DNA of 63,876 bases, the filler included, from the NCBI RefSeq assembly GCF_002087085.1. It is 4 parts of 4 records of this genome, joined end to end, with 100 filler letters (N's around TTAATTAATTAA, not from the genome) between each part and the next. Parts side by side here need not be neighbours in the genome. Positions count along the whole stretch, not along the records: positions 21,005 to 41,889 come from NZ_MWQY01000034.1; 3 more parts are not named here. The stretch is one strand, 5' to 3'. The position numbers were made by a program, and so were the translations under genes. Every line of letters starts with the position of its first letter. Position 1 is the first letter of the stretch. This document shows, piece after piece, positions 30,211 through 41,287 of the stretch. The notes under the pieces were generated by a model. It searched no databases, was not told the origin of the DNA, and saw nothing but the letters and a program-made list of their open reading frames with translations.

Positions 30211-32559
30211 ATGCATTCAGGTTTTAGAATGAAACAGACCCTGGTTTTTAGATTTAATACATTATTCTTCAAAACATTTATTATCATCATTTTATCCTCG
30301 ATCCTCCCGGTCATTGCGGCTAACTGGATCATCTACCGTCAGTCCTCACAGCTGATAGAAAAGCAGATACTGAAAACCAGTATGAATGTACTTAACAAGA
30401 GCAGCGAAATGGTCAATCTGATCTACCGGGAAATAGAACAGGTCCACAAGCAGATTGCCGGTAACAAGGACGTGATTCAATTTATCTTTAATCCCCACCT
30501 GGAAGTATATCCACGCAATCTGGATATTCTGAATATGCTCGGCAATATATCCGCAACCAATGAATATATTGAATCCATCTACATTTATGGAAGTCACTCA
30601 AAACAGATTATCCATTCCAACGGAAAACTATACAGCCTGGATGAGTTCCCCGACACCTTCTGGATTCCAGTATATGAGAAGAGCAGAGTTCCGATTGAGT
30701 GGCTGGGTACCAGACGAGTTACTGAAGATACAGGATTCAACAGCAATGTAATAACCAGTATATGCAACATCCCGTTCCGGTCCGAAAGCAAGATGGGTGC
30801 TGTCGTTATAAACATCAAGGAACGAATGATCTACGCAGCAATCAAAGGGGACAATGCCATTGAACACAGTGAAATATTCGCCTTGAGTTCCGCCGGTATA
30901 GTGATTTCCCATCGTGACGAAAACCGACTCTACGATTTCGTCCGATACAGGCCCTATCTTATGCAAACCTTTTCCACTGGAACCGGATCCTACATAGCAG
31001 ACATGTATGGGATGAAAAGCCTCTTCGCTTTTACAACCTCCCCCCACAACAATTGGAAGTATGTATACCGGATACCCCTGGACCATATACAGAATGACAG
31101 TCACCTTGTTCTCGGCATTATACTGGCGATCACATTAATCTATATCGCTTTGAGTATGTTTATATCCCTGGCAATATCCAGGGGAATCTATAATCCTGTA
31201 GCAAATCTGATAAAGATAATTCTTGTTTCTCAGAGAAGCGGTTCTGAATCGTCCCTGCAAAAACCAATAACCAATGAGTATAAGTTTCTGGAACAGATTT
31301 ATTGCGACGTAATAGACCAAAACAGGAATCTGGAACAGCGACTAACAGAACTTAAGCCCCTGATCAAGGAGAAGCTTTTCTCGGGACTGGTAAAGGGCGG
31401 CAACGAGAATATGCGGGACATATCGGAGAAACTCAATTTTCTTGGATACGACCTGAGTCTTAACAACTATCTGGTTATTGCCCTTCAGATTGATGATTAT
31501 CATCGATGGTACGAACGATACGGCGATATTGAACGGAACCTGCAGAAACTGAGACTCATCGCTACAATAGAGAAAATCATCATGCTTCATGCAAAAGGGG
31601 TGTGTATTGAAGTTAAACCCGATAAACTAGTGGCGATCATTAATTATGACGGCGACGGCAAGTTTATTGTTATCCAGGAAAACTCCGTGAGTTTCGCTTC
31701 GGAAATAAAGAAAATTATCGAAAACAATTTTCCTTTTACTGTAACTCTTGGAATCGGACGCATATATAAAAATATTCTGGACATCAACCTTTCGTATAAA
31801 GAAGCGATGAATGCTCTAAAATACAAGCTTTACCAGGGCAAGAATGAGATTATCGATATCAGCGATATAGAGATCCATGAAAATGAACTGTATCTGTACC
31901 ATTCCGAAAAAGAGCGGACTATAATCAATAAGCTGAAGACGGGCAACCATCGTGAGGCCGTTGTAGAGATAGACGAACTCATGAAAGAGATATACGAGAA
32001 TGGTAATATCTCCTATGATTATCTGGAGAACATATTTATCCGCATTACAAGTTCGATCGCCGAGGTACTGATCGATACGGGAATCTCCGTGGATGAAGTC
32101 TTCGGGACCCACTACAACCTGTACGATGAACTTTCTCAGCGGGAAACCCTGGAAGACATTGGTGCCTGGTTAAAAAGGATATCCTTCAAACTTACCCATG
32201 CCATCAACGAGCACAACCTGAAGCGCCTGGATAGAAATGTGGAAAAGATTATTGCCTATATTGATGATCACCTGCAGGAGGATATCAGTCTTAATTCTCT
32301 CGCTGAGCTGGTCGGTTTCAGCACTTCCTACATCAGCAAAATATTTAAAGAAAACATCGGCATCAACTATATTGAATATCTCAGCAAGAAGAGAATAGAG
32401 AAATCAAAACTATTGCTGAAAGACACAATTTTCAATATAAAAGAAATCGGTTTCAGGGTGGGCTTCAATAATATTCAGACATTCCTGCGAACCTTCAAAC
32501 GGCATGAAGGGATTACCCCCGGCCAATACAGGGAAAACATCAGAAACTCCGGCAAATAA
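30211..32559 (+). CDS. Membrane-anchored AraC regulator with extracytoplasmic Cache-like domain
   Basis: Two TM helices flanking a sensor domain; TLGIG..Y..SYKEA region; C-terminal AraC HTH. Confidence 0.9.
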   Translation: MHSGFRMKQTLVFRFNTLFFKTFIIIILSSILPVIAANWIIYRQSSQLIEKQILKTSMNVLNKSSEMVNLIYREIEQVHKQIAGNKDVIQFIFNPHLEVYPRNLDILNMLGNISATNEYIESIYIYGSHSKQIIHSNGKLYSLDEFPDTFWIPVYEKSRVPIEWLGTRRVTEDTGFNSNVITSICNIPFRSESKMGAVVINIKERMIYAAIKGDNAIEHSEIFALSSAGIVISHRDENRLYDFVRYRPYLMQTFSTGTGSYIADMYGMKSLFAFTTSPHNNWKYVYRIPLDHIQNDSHLVLGIILAITLIYIALSMFISLAISRGIYNPVANLIKIILVSQRSGSESSLQKPITNEYKFLEQIYCDVIDQNRNLEQRLTELKPLIKEKLFSGLVKGGNENMRDISEKLNFLGYDLSLNNYLVIALQIDDYHRWYERYGDIERNLQKLRLIATIEKIIMLHAKGVCIEVKPDKLVAIINYDGDGKFIVIQENSVSFASEIKKIIENNFPFTVTLGIGRIYKNILDINLSYKEAMNALKYKLYQGKNEIIDISDIEIHENELYLYHSEKERTIINKLKTGNHREAVVEIDELMKEIYENGNISYDYLENIFIRITSSIAEVLIDTGISVDEVFGTHYNLYDELSQRETLEDIGAWLKRISFKLTHAINEHNLKRLDRNVEKIIAYIDDHLQEDISLNSLAELVGFSTSYISKIFKENIGINYIEYLSKKRIEKSKLLLKDTIFNIKEIGFRVGFNNIQTFLRTFKRHEGITPGQYRENIRNSGK

Positions 32560-32749
32560 TCCCACCATGAGAAAAAGTGTTAGTCCAGAACAAATTCTGA
32601 TACATCTCCGCTGATCTCCGCCGAAGAAAATCGTTAACATATACCAAATACTGACAATAGGCACAGCGGAAATTCCGGTCTATCGTTTTTATATGCCCTG
32701 TAGACAGCCATGCAGATATTTCAGGGTAATACGGCAAAGGAGCGATAGA

Positions 32750-33925
32750 TTGTACGATATCATCATAAAAGATGGCCATGTGATCGATCCGGCTTCAAAC
32801 ATAAACGAAAAAGCGGATGTCGCCATTGAAAATGGAAGAATAGCCAGGGTCCAGAAAGATATTGACAGCACTGATGCACGAGCTGTTTATCCTGTGCCCG
32901 GCAAGTATATTGTTCCCGGATTGATCGATGCTCACTGCCACCCGGTGGGTGATTTTACCGGTCATGCAGTTCCGGCCGATGAGGCGGGGGTGGATGCGGG
33001 AGTGCTTCTTGTAAACGATGCCGGTTCTTCCGGTTCAGCCAACTTCCATGTTCTCAGATCCTTACTCCGGAACTCCCGCACATCGGTAAGCTATTTTATA
33101 AACTTTGCATCCTGCGGTCTTATCAGGCTTCCCGAAATAGCTTCGGTTCACGACTTTAACGTAGAACAGTTGAAGGAAGTTGTTGGTGCCGCGGGGGGTA
33201 TGATTCGGGGTGTGAAGATACGGGCAATGGAAGCCGTTTCCCGAATAGATATGGATGTTGTAGCCCTGGCAAAGAAAACAGCCGAAGAGCTCCGTTTGCC
33301 TTTGATGATCCATATTGGAGAATTCCGGCAGAGAAAGGATAACGACCCCTTCGATGTCTACAGCCGAAATGTTGTCTCCCTGCTGGGAAAAGGAGACATA
33401 ATCAGTCACTATATGTCCTGGCGCCCCGGCGGCATGGTACTGGAGGACGGAACAATCTTCCCGGAACTGGAGCAGGCAAAAAAACGCGGGGTCATCCTGG
33501 ACTGCAGCCACGGCCGGAACAATTTCAGTCTGAAGGTTGCGCAAACGCTTTTGGATAATGGCTTTCCCCCCGACATCATAACCACCGACCTTTCCTCCCT
33601 CGGCCGCGAACATGTACAGAGCCTGGCAGTTACCATGTCAAAGTTCCTCGCTATGGGGATGCCTCTTAAGGAGGTTATTGCTGCGGTTACCATCAACGCC
33701 GCGAACGCCCTCAGTCTGTCCGAAACCTGGGGCAGTCTGAAGGTCGGCCGGTCTGCAAACATTACAATCCTGGATAAGGTTGACGGTAATTACAGATTCT
33801 TCGACGGCTCGGCAGGGAACAGTATCACAGGGAACGCTCTTCTGGAACCGCGGCTGATTTTTGTCGAAGGCAAACCCGCTAGCTGCAGATCCTTTTACCA
33901 TCTGCCCCAGGAAACCCTCTCGTGA
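32750..33925 (+). CDS. Amidohydrolase/deacetylase (dihydroorotase-like metallohydrolase)
   Basis: PGLIDAHCH, DAGSSG, GVKIR, MIHIG, HG, TTDL; TTG start after GGAG. Confidence 0.88.
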   Translation: MYDIIIKDGHVIDPASNINEKADVAIENGRIARVQKDIDSTDARAVYPVPGKYIVPGLIDAHCHPVGDFTGHAVPADEAGVDAGVLLVNDAGSSGSANFHVLRSLLRNSRTSVSYFINFASCGLIRLPEIASVHDFNVEQLKEVVGAAGGMIRGVKIRAMEAVSRIDMDVVALAKKTAEELRLPLMIHIGEFRQRKDNDPFDVYSRNVVSLLGKGDIISHYMSWRPGGMVLEDGTIFPELEQAKKRGVILDCSHGRNNFSLKVAQTLLDNGFPPDIITTDLSSLGREHVQSLAVTMSKFLAMGMPLKEVIAAVTINAANALSLSETWGSLKVGRSANITILDKVDGNYRFFDGSAGNSITGNALLEPRLIFVEGKPASCRSFYHLPQETLS

Positions 33926-33995
33926 TGTTCCGGCAGGCTGCAGATGAACAAAAATATCCCGGGCAGCCGGATCTGAAGCAAAAAGGAAATCGTGA

Positions 33996-34487
33996 ATGAA
34001 AGGCATTCTTCTTCGCGGGTACAACCTACTAATCAGCATTGTGACTGTCCTGCTGGTTCTAACGACCACTTTTCTGATCATAATTGTCTTCAGCAATGTA
34101 ATCGGCAGATACTTCTTCAACGTCTCCCTTGCATGGGCCGAAGAGGCATCACGCTTCCTGTTTATCTGGGCGGCCTTTCTGGGCGGGGTTCTTGCACACG
34201 AGCATTACGAGCACATGAATCTGGATATTTTTGTCAGGATTTCCCATGGAAAATGGAGAATCGCCATAATCATGGCATCCCAGATTGTCACACTTGTTGT
34301 TCTTCTCATAGTCTTCCGCGGCGGTCTTATCGCCACCATGGACAACCTCAGCTGGTTGTCACCGGCGCTGGAGATTCCCTACGGATACGTGTACAGCGTC
34401 ATACCTTTCGCCAGCCTGCTTATGGCTGTGCAAACACTCATTCGAATGGCAAGGACAATCAATCCCCCTGAGTCAGAGGCAGAATAA
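33996..34487 (+). CDS. dctQ: TRAP transporter small permease
   Basis: RYFFN..LAWAEEASRFLFIW; 4 TM helices. Confidence 0.92.
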   Translation: MKGILLRGYNLLISIVTVLLVLTTTFLIIIVFSNVIGRYFFNVSLAWAEEASRFLFIWAAFLGGVLAHEHYEHMNLDIFVRISHGKWRIAIIMASQIVTLVVLLIVFRGGLIATMDNLSWLSPALEIPYGYVYSVIPFASLLMAVQTLIRMARTINPPESEAE

Positions 34488-34508
34488 GAACCCCGGAGGT
34501 AGGTTAAA

Positions 34509-35783
34509 ATGATTACCGTTTTTCTACTGAGTCTTTTTGGTCTGATACTTCTGAATGTTCCCATAAGCCTCGCGCTTATCGGTACCGCTGGTGTTATGAT
34601 GTATCTGACCGGAGGATTCTCCGCCCAGATACTTACCCAGGGGCTGGTCCGGGGTATCGATAATTTTCCTCTGCTGGCGATTCCGTTTTTCATGATAGCC
34701 GGAGAAATAATGAACCAGGGAGGAATATCCAGGAGAATAGTCAGGTTCGCCCATGTTCTGGTGGGTCATATATCCGGAGGAATCGGTTACGTAGGCATTT
34801 TGTCCAGTATGGTATTTGCCGGCGTCTCCGGTTCCGCCATCGCGGACACGGCGGCTGTGGGATCGGTCCTGGTTCCGGTGATGAACAACCACGGTTATGA
34901 TACAAAACGCAGTACCGGACTTATCTGCAGTGCAGGATGCATCGGACCGATTATTCCTCCAAGTATTCCAATGATTCTGTACGGTGTAACCGCTGGAGTT
35001 TCAATCGTCAAACTTTTCCTGGGCGGAATAATTCCCGGGATTCTGATCGCTGTGGTTTTATCCATAGTCTGGTTTTTTCACACCAGGCGCCGGAATTACA
35101 AGTCCGAAAAACGGGCGACATGGAAAGAGCTTGTTTCAAGCACCATCGACGCGTTCTGGGCACTTCTTCTGCCGATCATAATTCTGGGCGGTATTGTTTT
35201 CGGTGTGGTCACCCCCACAGAAGCCGCCGTGATAGCGGTCGTATATGCTTTTCTTATCGCGATGTTCGTTTATCATGACATTACCATAAAGGACATACCT
35301 GAAATACTCGTGGCATCGATGAAGAGCACCGCTTCGATAATGTTTGTCGTGGGAGGCGCCACTGCGGCCGCGTATATGATAACCACGGTACATATTCCGG
35401 AGATGCTTACAGGACTGATTGTTTCCCACGCGGCCAATGCATACACCCTGCTCTTTCTCATAAACATACTGCTGCTTCTTGTCGGCTGCGTTCTTGATAC
35501 TGCACCGGCGATATTGCTCCTTACCCCGATCCTTCTTCCCATTGTCGTACAATACGGACTCAATCCGATTCATTTCGGCGTGGTGATGGTCATGAACCTC
35601 TGCCTGGGATTACTGACGCCTCCCGTGGGAGCCGTGCTGTATGTCGGCAGCGGTCTGTCCCGCCTCAGTATTGTCCAATTGACAAAAGGGATGCTGCCTT
35701 TTCTGCTGGCGATGATCGGGGTTCTTTTCGCGATAACTTACTTTCCGGATTTGGTCCTGGTAACCACCAGGTATATCAAATAA
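34509..35783 (+). CDS. dctM: TRAP transporter large permease
   Basis: LLAIPFF, SGSAIAD, PIIPPSIP, TPTEAA, LTPPVG. Confidence 0.95.
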   Translation: MITVFLLSLFGLILLNVPISLALIGTAGVMMYLTGGFSAQILTQGLVRGIDNFPLLAIPFFMIAGEIMNQGGISRRIVRFAHVLVGHISGGIGYVGILSSMVFAGVSGSAIADTAAVGSVLVPVMNNHGYDTKRSTGLICSAGCIGPIIPPSIPMILYGVTAGVSIVKLFLGGIIPGILIAVVLSIVWFFHTRRRNYKSEKRATWKELVSSTIDAFWALLLPIIILGGIVFGVVTPTEAAVIAVVYAFLIAMFVYHDITIKDIPEILVASMKSTASIMFVVGGATAAAYMITTVHIPEMLTGLIVSHAANAYTLLFLINILLLLVGCVLDTAPAILLLTPILLPIVVQYGLNPIHFGVVMVMNLCLGLLTPPVGAVLYVGSGLSRLSIVQLTKGMLPFLLAMIGVLFAITYFPDLVLVTTRYIK

Positions 35784-35818
35784 CTATCCAGCGTTCTTGT
35801 ACATACAGGAGGAAAGCA

Positions 35819-36880
35819 ATGACAAGAAAAGCACTGATGTTTCTCGTAATCCTGGGAATAGCAGGACTGCTGCTGACCGGATGCCTCAAAACGGAAGAAC
35901 CGGTACAGCAGGTCCAGAGCTCTGAAGCGGAACAGGATTCAAACGCTCCGGAAATCGTAATAAAGATCGGTTTCGGCGGACCTGAAACCCTTCCCAATTA
36001 TCGGGCGATCAAGGAACTTTTCAAGCCGGAAATAGAATCAAAGACCAACGGAAGGATAAAGGTCGAACTCTACCCGAGCTCCCAGCTTGGTGATGACGTG
36101 AAACTCATAGAATCCCTGCGGAGCGGAACCCTGGAGGCAGCAGGTCCGACAACCGCGCCTCTGGTAGGCATGGCCCCCGAGTTCGCCGTTTTCGACATCC
36201 CTTTTCTTTTTGAAAGCGGTGAAGTCGCAGATCAGATACTGGATGGAGAAATCGGCAGCAAGTTGAACAAGCTTCTTGAATCAAAGGGACTGTACAATCT
36301 GGCCTGGACAGAAATGGGATTCCGGCATGTTACAAACAGCGTTCATCCGATTACCAGCCCAAGTGATATCAAAGGCTTAAAAATCAGGACCATGGAAAAT
36401 CCGATACACTTGGAAGCCTGGCGGCTCCTCGGTGCGAATCCTACCCCGATGCCGGTTTCCGAAGTCTTTACCGCCCTGCAGCAGCATGCAATCGACGGAC
36501 AGGAGAATCCCGTTGTCGCGATCTACGGGTGGAAATTCTATGAGGTCAACAACTACATATCTCTTACCGGTCATGTATATTCACCCCTAACATTCCTTTA
36601 CAGCAAGAAGCTCTTTGATTCCTACTCACCGGATGATCAGAAACTGATCAGGGAGGTTGCGTTGAAAACCGGTATTCGTGGCCGGGAAATTGCCAGAGCC
36701 GATGAAAGTTCTTACCTTGAAGAAATCAAAGAAGCAGGAGCTACAATTGTCGAGTTAACAGCTGCACAGAAACAGGCTTTTCAGGAAGTAACCCAACCGG
36801 TCTGGGACAGTGTAGCGGAAAAGGTAGGCGACGAACTGATCGAAGAGCTGAAGATGGCGCTCGCCAAGGTCACCCGCTGA
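35819..36880 (+). CDS. dctP: TRAP substrate-binding lipoprotein
   Basis: LTG-C lipobox, YPSSQLG, GFRHVT, GLKIRTM, DGQENP. Confidence 0.95.
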   Translation: MTRKALMFLVILGIAGLLLTGCLKTEEPVQQVQSSEAEQDSNAPEIVIKIGFGGPETLPNYRAIKELFKPEIESKTNGRIKVELYPSSQLGDDVKLIESLRSGTLEAAGPTTAPLVGMAPEFAVFDIPFLFESGEVADQILDGEIGSKLNKLLESKGLYNLAWTEMGFRHVTNSVHPITSPSDIKGLKIRTMENPIHLEAWRLLGANPTPMPVSEVFTALQQHAIDGQENPVVAIYGWKFYEVNNYISLTGHVYSPLTFLYSKKLFDSYSPDDQKLIREVALKTGIRGREIARADESSYLEEIKEAGATIVELTAAQKQAFQEVTQPVWDSVAEKVGDELIEELKMALAKVTR

Positions 36881-36921
36881 AAGCTTAATATACAGCATAA
36901 AAATACCAGACAGGAACTATT

Positions 36922-36953
36922 TCCGGCGCGGGCCAAACACAGCCCGCGCCGGA
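36922..36953. terminator. GC-rich hairpin between convergent genes
   Basis: Perfect 12-bp stem TCCGGCGCGGGC / GCCCGCGCCGGA. Confidence 0.65.
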
Positions 36954-37066
36954 TCAATTTACGCGCTCTCGTAATAAACGTTCTGTTCTTCCACACCCCG
37001 GCCTTCCGCCTGCATCTCTTCCAGGGTCCTGAGCACAGCCTTTACCATGGGGGGCGGGCCGCACAT
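36942..37066 (-). repeat. Direct repeat copy A: displaced 3' end of the oxidoreductase gene (att-like)
   Basis: 118/125 identical to 41765-41889 with no gaps; 36993-37066 is a perfect 74-bp match; encodes MCGPPPMVKAVLRTLEEMQAEGRGVEEQNVYYESA*. Confidence 0.95.
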
Positions 37067-37140
37067 TGGGATAACAGCTTCGTACTGTTTTAAGATTAAG
37101 AGCTTCCTCTGCACAGTATATAGACTATCTCGTCAAAACC

Positions 37141-38418
37141 TTAATTCAAGAATCCGGGTATCCAAAGCGATACTATTGGTATAAATGTTACAATTGCCAA
37201 AGTAACAAAGAGTGGTATGAAATACCAGAGTGCCTCTTTGAAAATACGACCGATAGGTACCTTTACCATTTCACTAACCATCAATAATGAAAGTCCCATG
37301 GGCGGCGTCATTAAACCGATCATTAAATTCAGAACCACAATAATCCCGAATTGAATAGGGTCAATACCCGCATTCAATATAGTCGGCATGAAAATCGGAA
37401 TGACAATCAGTGTTGCAGTATTACTATCGAGAAACATTCCTACAACGATAAGTATCAGATTAATAATTAGTAATAGGACTAACGGATTATCAATGAATGG
37501 AGCCATCGCCGACTTGAAAAGCATTGGCATTCTTTCGATGGTCATGATCCATCCGAATAACATCGCAAAGGCCATTATTATACATATTGCAGAGGTTTGA
37601 AGAATAGTCGTATTCGCTGCTTCTTTTATGTGCGAAAAAGTCATATCTCTGTAGATAAATTTTCCTATAAACAAAATATAAGCTAATACAACACTGGCGG
37701 CTTCTGTTGGTGTAAAGAAACCGGATAACATACCGCCGATTAGCAGAATGGGTGCTATCAGGGCGGGAAATGCCGGAACAAGGCCTGAAAAAAACTCTTG
37801 AATTGATGGGAACCGGTCTCTCCTGGGATATTTCCTTTTTACGGCAATCAAACCGGTAAAAACCATCATGAAAACTACTGCAATTATAGCAGGAATAATT
37901 CCGGCAAGTAATAAACGCACAATTGAGGTGCCGGTTATTGCTCCAAAGAGCACCAGTGGAATGCTTGGAGGAAATATTGGTCCGACAGTTGATGTTGCAA
38001 TAGTAACTGCAGCAGAAAAGGGTTTCGGAAACCCTTTTTCCGTCATTGCGGTTATTTCCATCTGCCCGAGACCACCGACGTCAGCTAGAGCCGCTCCCGA
38101 CATTCCAGAGAATACAAGACTCGCGAGAATATTCACCTGGGCAAGCCCGCCTGGAAATCTGCCTACAGCAGTATCTGCGAAATGAAAAAGTCGCCGGGTT
38201 ATTCCAGAAGTATTCATCAAATTTCCGGAAAAGATAAAGACCGGAATAGCTAAGATTGTAAATGAATCCAGTGCATAGAGGTAACGACTGAAAATCAATT
38301 CGACAGGGAATCCATTCAATAATACATAAATTGTGCTAGGCAATCCTATAGCAAGAATAATAGGGCATCCTGCCAGGAACAGTAAAAAGAATGAAATAAT
38401 CATTAATAGTGCAACCAT
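37141..38418 (-). CDS. dctM: TRAP transporter large permease
   Basis: LAIPVF, SGAALAD, PIFPPSIP, FTPTEAA, MTPPMG. Confidence 0.95.
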   Translation of the reverse strand: MVALLMIISFFLLFLAGCPIILAIGLPSTIYVLLNGFPVELIFSRYLYALDSFTILAIPVFIFSGNLMNTSGITRRLFHFADTAVGRFPGGLAQVNILASLVFSGMSGAALADVGGLGQMEITAMTEKGFPKPFSAAVTIATSTVGPIFPPSIPLVLFGAITGTSIVRLLLAGIIPAIIAVVFMMVFTGLIAVKRKYPRRDRFPSIQEFFSGLVPAFPALIAPILLIGGMLSGFFTPTEAASVVLAYILFIGKFIYRDMTFSHIKEAANTTILQTSAICIIMAFAMLFGWIMTIERMPMLFKSAMAPFIDNPLVLLLIINLILIVVGMFLDSNTATLIVIPIFMPTILNAGIDPIQFGIIVVLNLMIGLMTPPMGLSLLMVSEMVKVPIGRIFKEALWYFIPLFVTLAIVTFIPIVSLWIPGFLN

Positions 38419-38462
38419 AGATATTTTCTCCGATTCCTGAATTCCCTGAACATTGAGTTACT

Positions 38463-38924
38463 TTACTCAGACAAATTTTTGAATAGTTTCCTTAAATATG
38501 AAACAGTCATAAGAAAAATACCGATCACAGCAGGCAGGGATAGCACTATAAAAGGTATACCAAGTGAAGCAGTCCTGGTGTGTGCATTCCCGATTATCGT
38601 TGCGACGCCGGAAACAGTCGTGATCGCAAATACTATGACGCACAAGAAATATATAATCGTATCAACAACTCTCCTTAATTTTGGATTGAGAAGTGAAATA
38701 AGTGAATCAAACCTTATGTGACTGTCAGATTGTGCAACATAGGAGAGGGACAAAAAAACCATTGAGACAAACAAATATCGTTCCATCTCCTCGGCTCCGT
38801 ATAATGGCCTGCTGATCAGCCTGCAAAATACATGTATCAATACCAAAAAAGTAATTGAGAACAGTAAAATATAACTTATGATCCTATCTATTCTCGGGAA
38901 TGATTTATTACTTTTACCAGGCAC
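38463..38924 (-). CDS. dctQ: TRAP transporter small permease
   Basis: AEEMERYLFV, HIRFD; 4 TM helices; position between dctP and dctM. Confidence 0.88.
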   Translation of the reverse strand: MPGKSNKSFPRIDRIISYILLFSITFLVLIHVFCRLISRPLYGAEEMERYLFVSMVFLSLSYVAQSDSHIRFDSLISLLNPKLRRVVDTIIYFLCVIVFAITTVSGVATIIGNAHTRTASLGIPFIVLSLPAVIGIFLMTVSYLRKLFKNLSE

Positions 38925-39095
38925 ATTCTCCCTCCATATTCTCTGTAGCCTTTGGGGCCTGAAAGCTTATTAACTGCCGTTCGGCCAAAATATTTCTTTC
39001 ATTTCAATCCCCCTAGACACGCCTCACCCATCCGGTCAGGAGACGGAATAACCGCTCCTGACCGTAAAATAAATTTTCAGTGGACTGATCTTCCG

Positions 39096-40109
39096 TTATG
39101 GTATTGCCTGTATTTCCTTTATAAGGCCTGCCCATTGCGGATAATCGGCATTAACTTGCTTCAGTACATCTGTAACAAACTTATCAATCTGTAGACCATT
39201 TTCTGATGTTATAAATGTGACACCTTCGGCTTCAAGCAACTCTTTATATTCATCATCTGAATCAAGCGTCCATTTAACCGACTCCTCGCCCAAATTAACC
39301 GCGATCTTTTCGATAATTTCACGGTCTTCCTGAGGAATCTTCATCCAGCTCTTCTCATTTACAAAACAGGTTTGTATTGCCTGCATATGGTTCGTCATCA
39401 TTATATAGTCTTGTACTTCATACAATTTCCCGCTGTATATATTATTCAACGGGTTCTCCTGGCCTTCTACCACTCCGGTCGCCAGGGCGGTTGCAAGTTC
39501 AGCCCATTGGACAGGAGTCGGGACAGCGCCCATTCCTTTAATCATTGTCATCCATATTGGCAGTGGTACGCCCCGGATCTTTTTTCCTGAGAGATCGGCT
39601 GGTGAGTAAACTGGGAAGTTGGCTGTTAATTGCCTTGCTCCTCTGTAACAGTTGGCGAAAATACGGATTCCGGCTGTATCAATTAGTTCCTGGTTTAATT
39701 CCCGCATAACCGGTGATGTATAGGGGTCTGTAACTCTCATCGAATGGGCTGCATCTTTATAAATAAATGGAGCGTTAAAAACTGCAAGATTTTCAACAAA
39801 TCCCGCCAACGAGGCAAAATCATGCATAGCCATGTCGATTGTCCCGTTCTTAACACTATTTATTGTTTCTTCGATATTACCTAATGCAGCATTTCCATAC
39901 ACTTCAATCTTCACGCGACCATTTGTCTGCTCCTCAACGCGTTTAGCAAACTCGTCTGCGAAGATTGTCAGTATTTCACCTTCAACACCTAAATGTGCCC
40001 ATCGCAGTTCCACCGGTTCATTCGCAGTGTTATCTTGTCCACCTCCAGCGAATATCGGAGTAACTATGATAACTGTGATCAAGAAAATCAGTGTTAAATA
40101 GCGTTCCAT
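39096..40109 (-). CDS. dctP: TRAP substrate-binding protein
   Basis: GARQLT, GKKIR, EGQENP, LYEVQDY. Confidence 0.93.
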   Translation of the reverse strand: MERYLTLIFLITVIIVTPIFAGGGQDNTANEPVELRWAHLGVEGEILTIFADEFAKRVEEQTNGRVKIEVYGNAALGNIEETINSVKNGTIDMAMHDFASLAGFVENLAVFNAPFIYKDAAHSMRVTDPYTSPVMRELNQELIDTAGIRIFANCYRGARQLTANFPVYSPADLSGKKIRGVPLPIWMTMIKGMGAVPTPVQWAELATALATGVVEGQENPLNNIYSGKLYEVQDYIMMTNHMQAIQTCFVNEKSWMKIPQEDREIIEKIAVNLGEESVKWTLDSDDEYKELLEAEGVTFITSENGLQIDKFVTDVLKQVNADYPQWAGLIKEIQAIP

Positions 40110-40200
40110 ACAAAAGCCTCCTAATTAGACATGATTTGTGAATCATGAAAAAGAGGTTCCACACCTTGTTTAAATATTAGATTGGGGGACCTCTTCATTC

Positions 40201-40215
40201 TGATATCCTACCAAT
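40201..40215. promoter_or_regulatory. Putative GntR/FadR-type operator upstream of the island dctP
   Basis: TGATATCCTACCAAT, 13/15 identical to the reverse complement of 41296-41310. Confidence 0.5.
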
Positions 40216-40272
40216 ACTCTTTGTATTTACCTCCTTGTCCGTTTATATGTGTAACTTATTCATGATGGCAGT

Positions 40273-41115
40273 TTATTTTTTGGCGTGAGTTATCTCTGCA
40301 ACGCTCTCTGCTATCCTTTCAGGATTCATAACATTATCCATCCAGTCAGGGCGGAATATCTTGCTGAAGGCTTTTTTTGCGGCAAGCTGAGCGCCATCAG
40401 ACATCGGATAGTCCACAAAACCAAAAACCTGGGAAATAGCGATCTGCAGATGACCAAATAAGAACTCCCTTGCAGCCTCCTCAGGAGCCCCCATTTTTAT
40501 AGCTTTTTCGAGAGCTTCACGGACTGCAACAAGTACGGTTACTCCTATTGTCTCGACCAGAGCTGGTTCAAGAACCGCCATCTGCTCGACGGTCAGACGA
40601 TAAGAATTCATAACAGGTGAGTAAATTATTTTTGCCAGTTTTTCTCCTCTGTCATAATCAGTATCCGGCCCCTGATATAAAGCACAGACAATGTGCTGTT
40701 TGGCGATTCCTCCAAAATGGTCATTGCGGGCCTCTTCGGTAACTTCATCGTTAAATAATGGCGGATGGCAGGGATGAGCAATGAAGTATGACAAGTCTTT
40801 ACGTATCGGCATTACCTTCGCATGAGCTGCCGCAGGGTCCAATCCAAATACCATTGCATGGGGGGGGAGAAGAGGGATTATTTCTGCACTGACTTTTGCA
40901 ATAGCCGCATCTGGAACTGCAAGTATGGCAACATCAACTTCCGGGATGAGACGAGTGTTGCTGACGGGCTGCAACCCCATACTCACAAGACGATCAAAAC
41001 CTGGTCCTTTTCGTTGAACATAAATAACCTCAAACCCTTCCGTTTCTGATAATTTTTCTACAATTCTCAGTCCCATCTTGCCGCCGGCACCCATTAAAGC
41101 AACTTTCATTTTCAC
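40273..41115 (-). CDS. D-apionate oxidoisomerase-like NAD-dependent enzyme (PGDH_C domain family)
   Basis: GAGGKMG, LAVPD, LDPAA, HPCHPPLF, KQHIVCAL, LEPALVET, FLFGH. Confidence 0.75.
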   Translation of the reverse strand: MKMKVALMGAGGKMGLRIVEKLSETEGFEVIYVQRKGPGFDRLVSMGLQPVSNTRLIPEVDVAILAVPDAAIAKVSAEIIPLLPPHAMVFGLDPAAAHAKVMPIRKDLSYFIAHPCHPPLFNDEVTEEARNDHFGGIAKQHIVCALYQGPDTDYDRGEKLAKIIYSPVMNSYRLTVEQMAVLEPALVETIGVTVLVAVREALEKAIKMGAPEEAAREFLFGHLQIAISQVFGFVDYPMSDGAQLAAKKAFSKIFRPDWMDNVMNPERIAESVAEITHAKK

Positions 41116-41287
41116 AGTTATCTCCTAAAAAATACGATCTGATAATCTCCGGAGAATGTTCCCTTATTTTATACGCTGTGATTATCGAAAAAGAGTTCAT
41201 CTTATCCATACCCCTTGTTAAGGCACATAGTACGAACAATTTGCTACTCTATTTTCCCTCGATACCCCCTCGTAGAAACCACTTATA

